A stretch of 32,000 nucleotides of DNA from Candidatus Saccharimonadota bacterium (GCA_016700375.1 CP065016.1:330001-362000), one strand, 5' to 3'. Counted from the first letter of the stretch, positions 17,497-24,978 are shown. Made by a program: numbers and translations. The notes: a model not told the origin generated them from the letters alone.

Positions 17497-17710
17497 ACCT
17501 GAGTCACGAAGCTTTTGTCCCTGTCATTCCGAGTACTGAATCAAGTTCAGCATAAACTCCGTCTGAGGAATCTCCTTATTTTACTTGTAGCTATATGGTG
17601 AAAAGAAGATCTTTCGACTTCTCCGCTGTGCAGCGGATTCGCTCAAAGCCTGCCCTCGACCCGATCGGGGGATGACATTGTATGGTGTTCTCTGGTTTCG
17701 TGATTCAGGT
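17497..17710 (+). mobile_element. MITE copy A (214 bp), non-coding
   Basis: The terminal inverted repeats are ACCTGAGTCACGAAGC and GTTTCGTGATTCAGGT. A perfect 6-bp target duplication TGAAGA flanks it (17491-17496 and 17711-17716). It matches the reverse complement of 23189-23423 apart from a few substitutions and one 21-bp indel. Confidence 0.8.
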
Positions 17711-17768
17711 TGAAGACTATTGCTTCCGTGTCAATTTTATGTAATAATTAAATGTACAGGAGAACCCT

Positions 17769-17999
17769 ATGGCAAAAGCATCATTTGAAACAGTACCAGA
17801 GCTACCGGGCGAGGAACCATTTCGCCCAGCGAGTGAAAAGAGTTCCGGCATTATCCTTTTTGGCACGCCGGCCACGACCGCGCACGGCGTACCAGGCCAC
17901 TGGACAGGAGGAAATGGAGACAAGGAATTCTACCCTACCCGGGAGTACATCGAGGGTATGCAACAGCCAGATACCCCAACCGAGCCAAATTCGTTCTAA
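17769..17999 (+). CDS. small hypothetical protein (76 aa)
   Basis: AGGAG lies 6 nt upstream of ATG 17769. The product is acidic and Pro/Gly/Thr-rich, with no motif I recognise. Confidence 0.5.
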   Translation: MAKASFETVPELPGEEPFRPASEKSSGIILFGTPATTAHGVPGHWTGGNGDKEFYPTREYIEGMQQPDTPTEPNSF

Positions 18000-18191
18000 G
18001 GTTCAAATAGCATTCCGATGTTGTAAAAATCGTATACTTTATTTGCGTTTGGGCAAAAAGTAGTACTCTATATGGGTAACGAAAGGCTCGTAGAGCCTTG
18101 AGGTGTAGTACCCGAACGGACACTCCCGTCCGATTCGGCTTGACATACCGCGGTCGCCCCTGTGGCACCGCAGAGAGGTAAGGTGGTCAGC

Positions 18192-18437
18192 ATGACGACC
18201 TCGCTCATCACGGCAGACCCCGTTCCCCAGCCAACCACCCTGACCCTCAGTTGGGGCGGCATCACGGCATGGAGCCTCTTCGTGGGGCTTTTTGTGGTCT
18301 TCCTCCTGTACTCATGGAAGGGAAGGGAGCCGGCTCGTTCACACGCAGCCTGGGCGTGGAAGGTTCAGATTCTGACCTTCCTGCTCGTCGGGTTCGTGGT
18401 CGGGGTGGTTCTCCCCTGGTGGAACAACCGACGATGA
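18192..18437 (+). CDS. small two-TM membrane protein (81 aa), encoded in high-GC island 3
   Basis: ATG 18192 is preceded by GAGAGGTAAGGTGG. There are two hydrophobic helices (ITAWSLFVGLFVVFLLY and ILTFLLVGFVVGVVLPW). The GC is elevated. Confidence 0.55.
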   Translation: MTTSLITADPVPQPTTLTLSWGGITAWSLFVGLFVVFLLYSWKGREPARSHAAWAWKVQILTFLLVGFVVGVVLPWWNNRR

Positions 18438-18628
18438 ACCCGCCGGTCGGCGCGGAAGTACGAGATTCGTTCTCGCAACCCGCGCCGCCCCCGGCACTTT
18501 GGCAGCCCTGCAGGCTCAAGCCTCGCAAACTCACGTCGTTCGTGCCTCCCTCTCAACCCAAAACCTCTCACACTCCCCACTCTCGCCTTTCGTTACATTT
18601 CTCTTATCAACTAAACAAACTACTCTAT

Positions 18629-18937
18629 ATGAAGCAAACTAGCCCAATATCCTACAAACACGGCTTTGAAATCCCAACACGGTGCGTTGGCTGTCCGTCC
18701 TTAAACCGTATTGTTAGTGCAGCCCTGGCAGACATGGCACCGCACCGCGAGGCGCAAGCGCGCGTTATGGAGGGCAGCGGACTTGTGGATCTAAGCACCG
18801 GCACCCTTTGGGCCTTTCCAGATGCACCTTCAAAATTGCCGCAGCAGCTTGCTCCCCTCGGTGTCGCCATAAAAAACATCTTCCTCGCTGCCCAAGAAGA
18901 CATACACAAGCTCAGTCGCAACTGCCCAGGTATGTAG
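18629..18937 (+). CDS. possible small protein (102 aa); weak call
   Basis: This is the ATG-initiated 3' part of track ORF 18251-18937. It starts where composition returns to ~50% GC. There is no clear SD and no motif. Confidence 0.3.
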   Translation: MKQTSPISYKHGFEIPTRCVGCPSLNRIVSAALADMAPHREAQARVMEGSGLVDLSTGTLWAFPDAPSKLPQQLAPLGVAIKNIFLAAQEDIHKLSRNCPGM

Positions 18938-19007
18938 CAAACATGAGATATATGCTGTTTTACATCAATTTTACGCACCTCGTTGCCGGGCAAAAGGCAA
19001 CTCTTGC

Positions 19008-19889
19008 ATGCCCCTAAGCCAACCAAGCAATTCCGCGCCCGAACCAGAGGTATATAGGACGTTCGAAAACCGTTCCGCTGCGCTCACATACATGTGTGAG
19101 CTGCTTGGCTCTGTTGCGGGACAAGCTCTGGTCGTTGTTTCGTCCAAACAAGCACAGCAGGAAGTACTGCGTTTGCAGGTTGGGAGCGGGCAGCGCATAC
19201 AGTCAGTCCAGAAAGTACCCTCACAGCAAGACCGCCCTAGCATAAGTGTTGCAAGCTACGGTGCAGTATTACAAGCGGCACAGACTCCCTACGGCGTGCG
19301 GCAGATTGACCGGGACACTCAAGAACTTGTTGTGTTCGATAATCCTCACCAGCTGGCGCCACGGCTTATTCGTTTGCTCCGCTGTGCCTTTCCGCTAGCG
19401 CAGCCATTTCGCGCCCTTACAACAAACGCCTCCCCAACCGCAGAACGGTACATGCGCGAAGTGTTTTCAGGCCCGCCAAAATTAGCTCCCGCAAGCCATT
19501 CTGTGGAACGGAGAGAATACATTCCATCATCTTGGGCGGGCACCCGAATCGGGCAGCATTGGCCAGAGCAAACGAACTGTTATGGCGATGGTTTTGACTC
19601 ACGGTTTGCCCTACGGGAAACTGCAGTCTGGAATAGCATACGGCAAGAAAATTGCCCAAACTGCCCCGTAGCAGATAGCTGCCTTGCCGCCGGCCTTTCA
19701 GTGGACCAACACAATGCTGGTAAGCGCCAAAGGTTTTGGGGAGCCTGGGGTGGGCTCAGCGAAGGTGCACGCCGTGAACTCCGTACCGCCCTGCAGCAAG
19801 GTGCGTCTCCCACCGAGTCTGCGTACCTTGTTGAGCGCGCTCGAACATCACACCCTACAGAGACAGAGCCAGTTGTCCGCACGTCCTAA
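19008..19889 (+). CDS. 293-aa protein with C-terminal WhiB-like (Wbl) 4Fe-4S domain and an unrecognised ~200-aa N-terminal domain
   Basis: The C-terminus 'NCYGDGFDSRF..(25 aa)..CPNCPVADSCLAAGL..GAWGGLSEGARREL' reproduces the Wbl pattern C-x(n)-C-x2-C-x5-C plus the G[VI]WGG turn (compare WhiB1 'CNRCPVTTECLSWAL..GVWGGMSEDERRAL'). Confidence 0.75.
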   Translation: MPLSQPSNSAPEPEVYRTFENRSAALTYMCELLGSVAGQALVVVSSKQAQQEVLRLQVGSGQRIQSVQKVPSQQDRPSISVASYGAVLQAAQTPYGVRQIDRDTQELVVFDNPHQLAPRLIRLLRCAFPLAQPFRALTTNASPTAERYMREVFSGPPKLAPASHSVERREYIPSSWAGTRIGQHWPEQTNCYGDGFDSRFALRETAVWNSIRQENCPNCPVADSCLAAGLSVDQHNAGKRQRFWGAWGGLSEGARRELRTALQQGASPTESAYLVERARTSHPTETEPVVRTS

Positions 19890-19943
19890 ACCTTTTTGTT
19901 GACTCACATTTTTTATACTAATGTTGCTTTATAAAAAACTTTA

Positions 19944-19972
19944 TTGACTTTTACAATTATTCCTACTACAGT
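19944..19972 (+). promoter_or_regulatory. candidate promoter of the lipoprotein gene
   Basis: TTGACT (19944-19949), a 17-nt spacer, then TACAGT (19967-19972), about 30 nt upstream of ATG 20004. Confidence 0.35.
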
Positions 19973-20003
19973 GTTTCTCACAGTAAGTTTTAGGAGAATA
20001 TTT

Positions 20004-20477
20004 ATGGCACGACGCGGAACACTTATAGGGGAGGGGCGAGGTACACGGAGTTTAGTGGTAGCAGGCGTAGCGGCGGCTGCATTTGCGCTTGGCGGTTGTG
20101 GTGATTACCGCCAAACGAACCCGTCACCAAGTCCAAAAACGGGTACAACTAAGGACATGGCTACTTCGCAAGCAGTAGAAATCTATACAAACCCGAACCT
20201 TGAGGGTGTATTTGGCGAACGCTCATCAATTGGTGGAATTTTCTTGCAGGTGAAAGATAAGTCAACAAATAAACCAGTCGGCGACTTTGAGTTAGCTTGC
20301 TCAGCCGGTGAAATACATGCTATTGATAACACCACGTTTATGGGTGGCAACGAGTTAATCATGAAGGGAAAGATTAATAAGTTCTGCGATGGTAATGAAA
20401 TAATTCCAGCTTTCTTCGCACAAGATCCCACTACCGTAGGCAAAATTGTCATGGTAGCTCAGGCCGAACAAAGTTAA
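20004..20477 (+). CDS. hypothetical lipoprotein (157 aa)
   Basis: AGGAGA lies 7 nt upstream. The signal peptide has lipobox 'ALGG|C'. The mature domain contains two further Cys. Confidence 0.7.
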   Translation: MARRGTLIGEGRGTRSLVVAGVAAAAFALGGCGDYRQTNPSPSPKTGTTKDMATSQAVEIYTNPNLEGVFGERSSIGGIFLQVKDKSTNKPVGDFELACSAGEIHAIDNTTFMGGNELIMKGKINKFCDGNEIIPAFFAQDPTTVGKIVMVAQAEQS

Positions 20478-20796
20478 ACTACGAACCAACTACTAGGTTC
20501 AGATATGGATTCTTAAGTCTCTCTGCCCGGGCAAACATCTGAAATCATAAGATCGTTGCCCTACGCGCCTGTCGGAGCTAGGAGATTCCGGGTTTTTTGG
20601 GCGGCCCGGCCGGTATTGTAACTAAACTCGGCTCAACACCCGCGTAACAATAACCTCGGCCTACTTACGTCCTAGTAACAAGCTTAGTTCTTTGATCTGT
20701 TTAGGACCTTCTTAATGATGCTCAGTGTCATCAGACTTATGCGTCAAATTTGACCTCTATTTCATACATGTACCGATTATATTTTTAAAAATCTAT

Positions 20797-20825
20797 TTGT
20801 TATATTCACATTTGAGTTGTATAAT
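20797..20825 (+). promoter_or_regulatory. sigma70-type promoter of the methyltransferase/MazG unit
   Basis: TTGTTA (20797-20802), a 17-nt spacer, then consensus TATAAT (20820-20825) preceded by TG, in a very AT-rich stretch. Confidence 0.5.
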
Positions 20826-20865
20826 AAGGTCTAATTTAGTCTTACATATCATGAGGTTTTTTAAA

Positions 20866-22449
20866 ATGAGTGAGCGAATGTCCTTTCACGTTGCCGATGG
20901 TCTTGATAGCTCTTGCAATGTAATGTCCCCTTCGTATCTAGGAAATAATCCCGTCCTATTGGTGTCTGCAAATATGCCTGGGTGTGGAGCCACCACGCTA
21001 GTAAAAAGAATTGGGGAGAGTATACAACGTTTAGGCTTCCCTGACCCAGCAGTAGTTCAAGTTGGACAGCAGATAAGAGAGCGCCTCGGGGTAGCTAATG
21101 AGGAGCAGCTTGCGGGTCGATTAGGTGAAGTTGGCAACCCTAACGTAATCGATCGCGCAATATATAGTGAGCTGCCAGACGACAGAATATGCATCGTTGA
21201 TGGCAAGCTAGCTACAACTACTGCGCCATTACACTTACCGAATAATCGGCCGATTGTTTCTATCAACCTGAGTTCAGATCTGCTAACGAGTACTAAGCGA
21301 GTTCTTGAGAGAGAGTCAGGAGTCACGACTGAAAGGCTACTTACCACTGAGGCCTCGGTGCTAGTCTCTCGACTAGCCTTACTTTCAGCCAGGGCTAATC
21401 ACGATAATAGCATGCGAGACCAAGTGGGGTCGAAAACTGAAGACCGAAAACCGGATTTTGCGATATCAATTAATACAAACTCCATGTCCATGGACGAGAT
21501 ACTAGAATATTTTAGCGGTAACCCCAAGAGTAAGCATTTTGAAGACTACGTCCCGGACTGGGAAATCGAGGCAGTACGTAATACCCTAGCTTCACTTGCA
21601 TACCTGAAGGTCGTGTTTGACAAAACTACCAGAGCTAACGATCGTGTACATTTTGACTTCCAATACCAAAGCGTACTGTACAATCTTGATCGACTTGAGA
21701 CCACTCTTCACCCTGCAGGCCTAAAGGATATCCGCAACGCCCTACGCAAAGCGTTAGTCGACTGCTGGATGGGTTTAATGATGAAGGAAGTCCCACGATT
21801 CTTTGAAGACAAAGATGGCAATATATCTCTAGATACAATCTCACATACATGGTCCCCTGAATATTATAAGATTGCTGAAGCTTGGCCAATATTAAGCACT
21901 ATACTGAAGAAAAAAAGTGTACTTGATCCTTTCGGAGGCGCGGGAACAATGATAAACCTATTAGCTGCACGCGGAATAATATCGAGTGCGATCGTTACTG
22001 ATTTATCGTACAGAGGCGGCGAGCCGATTGATGACGATGGACACACCTACGCCGCCGAACTTAACGCACAGATGTCTCACGTTTTATTCGACGGTTTGCC
22101 CTCGTGGTATAAACCAAATATGGATATCGTGGTAGATAGGTTTAGCGCAAACGCACAGTCCTTACCAGTCCCGAATGATTCTGTTGACTACATCGTTACA
22201 GACCCTCCCTATAGTAAGAATCATGATAGTGGTGGAATAGGGTTGCTAATTGGTTGTCTTCCTGAGTTTCAGCGAGTTACACGAAAAGGTTCAATCATAA
22301 TGGCACCACTAAAGTCTCCTGCTGCGGGAGTAGACTGGCCAGCTCAGATTAGTAATGCCGGTTTCCCAGTCGAAAAACTTAGCAAAGATATTTCTCGTGG
22401 CCAATCAGGGTTTCCGATGTGCTACATTAAGGTAGGCCATCGTAAATAA
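20866..22449 (+). CDS. fusion protein: N-terminal cytidylate/NMP-kinase-like domain with degenerate P-loop plus C-terminal SAM-dependent DPPY methyltransferase
   Basis: ATG 20866 lies 9 nt after GAGG; ATG 20851 is an alternative start. The N-terminal 'LLVSANMPGCGATTLVKRI..IVDGKLATT..' resembles CMP kinase but lacks the Walker-A Lys. The C-terminus has motif I 'VLDPFGGAGTM' and motif IV 'YIVTDPPYS'. Motif I lies before motif IV, as in gamma-type N6A/N4C DNA methyltransferases or m2G RNA methylases. Confidence 0.75.
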   Translation: MSERMSFHVADGLDSSCNVMSPSYLGNNPVLLVSANMPGCGATTLVKRIGESIQRLGFPDPAVVQVGQQIRERLGVANEEQLAGRLGEVGNPNVIDRAIYSELPDDRICIVDGKLATTTAPLHLPNNRPIVSINLSSDLLTSTKRVLERESGVTTERLLTTEASVLVSRLALLSARANHDNSMRDQVGSKTEDRKPDFAISINTNSMSMDEILEYFSGNPKSKHFEDYVPDWEIEAVRNTLASLAYLKVVFDKTTRANDRVHFDFQYQSVLYNLDRLETTLHPAGLKDIRNALRKALVDCWMGLMMKEVPRFFEDKDGNISLDTISHTWSPEYYKIAEAWPILSTILKKKSVLDPFGGAGTMINLLAARGIISSAIVTDLSYRGGEPIDDDGHTYAAELNAQMSHVLFDGLPSWYKPNMDIVVDRFSANAQSLPVPNDSVDYIVTDPPYSKNHDSGGIGLLIGCLPEFQRVTRKGSIIMAPLKSPAAGVDWPAQISNAGFPVEKLSKDISRGQSGFPMCYIKVGHRK

Positions 22450-22458
22450 GGATACCCC

Positions 22459-22758
22459 ATGAACCTTAAAGAGTTACAGGCTGACTTAAAAGATATCTGC
22501 AACAAAAATGGCTGGAGTAGACTTGATACTACAGCGGTTTTTTTGCTTTTTTCCGAAGAGATTGGAGAGCTGGCGAAGGAAATACGTCTTCATACCGGTA
22601 TAAAAGGCGAGAAGAAACCGAAAAATACGGCCAATCTAAACGCCGAGTTTGCTGATGTGCTCAACTATTTTATGGAGCTCGCAAATCGATTCGACATCGA
22701 CCTTACTGAGGCGTACCTGCAAAAAAAAGCTGTCAACCAACTGCGCAACTGGAAATAG
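22459..22758 (+). CDS. MazG-like all-alpha NTP pyrophosphohydrolase (99 aa)
   Basis: It starts 9 nt after the preceding stop. The metal-binding motifs are 'EEIGELAKE' (EExxExxxE) and 'EFADVLNY' (ExxD). Confidence 0.8.
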   Translation: MNLKELQADLKDICNKNGWSRLDTTAVFLLFSEEIGELAKEIRLHTGIKGEKKPKNTANLNAEFADVLNYFMELANRFDIDLTEAYLQKKAVNQLRNWK

Positions 22759-23188
22759 TTTTAAATAACATTGCATATAATGCCTATTACTCGTATGATA
22801 CTACCTGACCACCGGTCAAGGTAACACTCCGCAAAACGCGTCGAGCGCTACCCTAGAAGAGGGTAGTCTACTGGAGGAGGATGGGATTGGGTAGGTCAAT
22901 CAACACCCAGTTCAGGATGAACGTTCACTCGAAGGAACAGGAGGAGAAGAAGTCGGCAATGCCGGCAGAGCAAAAGAGGGCGCGTCGCCGCAAACGGCGT
23001 AGACGGCGCTAAGCAGGCCTAGACTGCCGGGGAAGGTGGCACATTAGGCGTTCAGCGCCACCTTCCCCGCCAAAAACCAGCCTAAACAAGACCTTCGCCT
23101 TTACCCATCAATCACAAACCATCAACCCACAATCAACCACCTCCTCGGTTTTCTACCTTCTTCTTCTCCCAGTATGTAATGCTTATAA

Positions 23189-23423
23189 ACCTGAATCACG
23201 AAACCAAATAACACCGTACAATGTCATCCCCCGATCGGGTCCAGGGCAGGCCCGATCGGGTCGAGGGCAGGCTTTGAGCGAATCCGCTGCACAGCGGAGA
23301 AGTCGAAAGATCTTCTTTTCACCATATAGCTACAAGTAAAATAAGGAGATTCCTCAGACGGAGTTTATGCTGAACTTGATTCAGTACTCGGAATGACACG
23401 GACAAAAGCTTCGTGATTCAGGT
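23189..23423 (-). mobile_element. MITE copy B (235 bp), inverted relative to copy A
   Basis: It has the same TIRs (ACCTGAATCACGAAAC and GCTTCGTGATTCAGGT) and a perfect 6-bp target duplication TTATAA (23183-23188 and 23424-23429). It contains an internal tandem 21-bp duplication (CCCGATCGGGTCCAGGGCAGG / CCCGATCGGGTCGAGGGCAGG) that is absent from copy A. Confidence 0.8.
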
Positions 23424-23459
23424 TTATAACTCTTCTGAAAGACCCCAAGGGTTATGTAA

Positions 23460-24845
23460 TCAAGCGACTATGAATCCTACCTTAGCACTCGCGAGGCCCG
23501 TGTAGTTAGTCTCGGGGGAGCGGATGAGTTCTTTTTCTGAGTCGGTGAATTGAGTCCAGTAGCTAGCGATGCCTTCCGTCTGGGATGCCACTTCGTACAG
23601 AGAGAGGTTTCGCTCCATTGCCTCGTGGGCGAGTGCTTTTGAAGCCTCGTGCGCGGTTGTGTGGCCGTATTTTTCGAGCAGCAAATACAGCGGTTCGGCA
23701 GCAATGGCACCTTTGGTGAGGTAGAGGTTGCGTTGCATGGCTTCTTCGTCAACCTCAATCTTGCTCATGACGCTTTGTAGCCGTGACGCCATGGCCGCGA
23801 CACTAGCGAGTGATATCGTGTAGAACCGCGCTGACGACGAATCGGTCAGGTCCCGTTGGTGTTCACTCGATATATTCAGGTTGGCGTTCATCACCTGCGC
23901 AGTTACTTGCTTCCACATGCCAATAATGTTTTCGAAATTCCACGGGTTACGCTTGTGCGCCATGGTACTGCTGCCTGTTTGACCTTCTTCAAACTTTTCT
24001 CGCACCTCGCCGATTTCGCTGCGCTGGAGGTTACGCATATCGTGCGAAAGGTTCGCCATAACCCCCGCAGTAATTGCCAGCTCGTCCAATAGCCGTATAT
24101 AGCCCTCGGCAGGTACAATTTGCGTTGCGGCCGGAGCCGGTTCCAGTCCCACATAGCCAAGCACTGTTTTTTCAAATGCCAGCGGGTCATCTACAAACAC
24201 CGAAATAGCATTGTAGGTACCCACTGCACCGGAAAACTTGCCCTTGAGCTCACCGGCCAGCGTTTCGAGATGTGCCATGCTATCGCCCAGCCGTTGCACA
24301 TAGGTTGCCAGGAAATACCCGAAAGTAATCGGCACGGCGTGTTGGCCATGCGTTCGGCCAATCTGCAAGGTTTCGGCGTAGCGTTCCGCCAGCTCTGCGA
24401 GCGTGCTGTGCAATGCCGTGAGGCGGGGGAGTAGTAGCTCGTGCACCGCAGTACGCAGCTGCAAGCTCATGGCCGTTGAGACAATGTCGTACGATGTCGC
24501 GCCAAAGTGCACATACGGCTGCGCCGTTTCGGGCAGCTCTTTCTTAATAGTGTTTACAATGGCTTTTACATCGTGACGTGTGGTTTTTTCTTCTTCGGCA
24601 ACGTCTTCTACCCGAATCTTCCGGCTCGCCGTATCAATCTGCTCGGCCACTTCGCGGCTACATATGCCAAACTCGGCGAGCCCGTAGGCCAGAGCTGCTT
24701 CCACATGAGCTTGTGTGAGAATCCGTGTGCGCTCCGAAAGGTAACGGGCAATTTCGGGGTCGTAGTAACGGCCATCGAGTGGGTCAACTGAGTTAAATCG
24801 ATTGTCTTCACTGGGCAGGTCGAGATTAAGGGGCTGTAGGCTCAT
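23460..24845 (-). CDS. purB: adenylosuccinate lyase
   Basis: The fumarate-lyase signature 'GSSTMAHKRNP' is present, along with the N-terminal 'DPLDGRYYDPEIARYLSE' typical of PurB. The start was chosen at ATG 24845 (MSLQPLNL..); the track's upstream extension reads through a repeat array. Confidence 0.9.
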   Translation of the reverse strand: MSLQPLNLDLPSEDNRFNSVDPLDGRYYDPEIARYLSERTRILTQAHVEAALAYGLAEFGICSREVAEQIDTASRKIRVEDVAEEEKTTRHDVKAIVNTIKKELPETAQPYVHFGATSYDIVSTAMSLQLRTAVHELLLPRLTALHSTLAELAERYAETLQIGRTHGQHAVPITFGYFLATYVQRLGDSMAHLETLAGELKGKFSGAVGTYNAISVFVDDPLAFEKTVLGYVGLEPAPAATQIVPAEGYIRLLDELAITAGVMANLSHDMRNLQRSEIGEVREKFEEGQTGSSTMAHKRNPWNFENIIGMWKQVTAQVMNANLNISSEHQRDLTDSSSARFYTISLASVAAMASRLQSVMSKIEVDEEAMQRNLYLTKGAIAAEPLYLLLEKYGHTTAHEASKALAHEAMERNLSLYEVASQTEGIASYWTQFTDSEKELIRSPETNYTGLASAKVGFIVA

Positions 24846-24872
24846 GAGCAAACCTCTTCTAGGGAGATTAGC

Positions 24873-24922
24873 GTGTAGCGTGTGACATGTGGCATTGGTG
24901 TAGCGTGTGACATGTAGCCATG
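24873..24922. repeat. tandem 25-bp direct repeat (2 units) within a GTGACA/TGTCAC hexamer cluster
   Basis: GTGTAGCGTGTGACATGTGGCATTG (24873-24897) is followed by GTGTAGCGTGTGACATGTAGCCATG (24898-24922). Four more GTGACA/TGTCAC hexamers follow up to 24960. Confidence 0.6.
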
Positions 24923-24978
24923 GTGACACGTGACAGGGCAATCCAATGTCACAGGTGACAGGATTATGGGTAATCTAC

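Noticed and set aside
18251-18937. A 228-aa ORF spanning the boundary of high-GC island 3
   Set aside because: It reads out of frame through the 81-aa membrane gene and across a compositional break. Only its 3' ATG-initiated part (18629-18937) was kept, as a weak candidate.
20866-22758. Restriction-modification system
   Set aside because: There is no endonuclease, specificity subunit or helicase gene next to the methyltransferase. The partner is a MazG-like pyrophosphohydrolase, and the DPPY motif cannot distinguish DNA from RNA targets.
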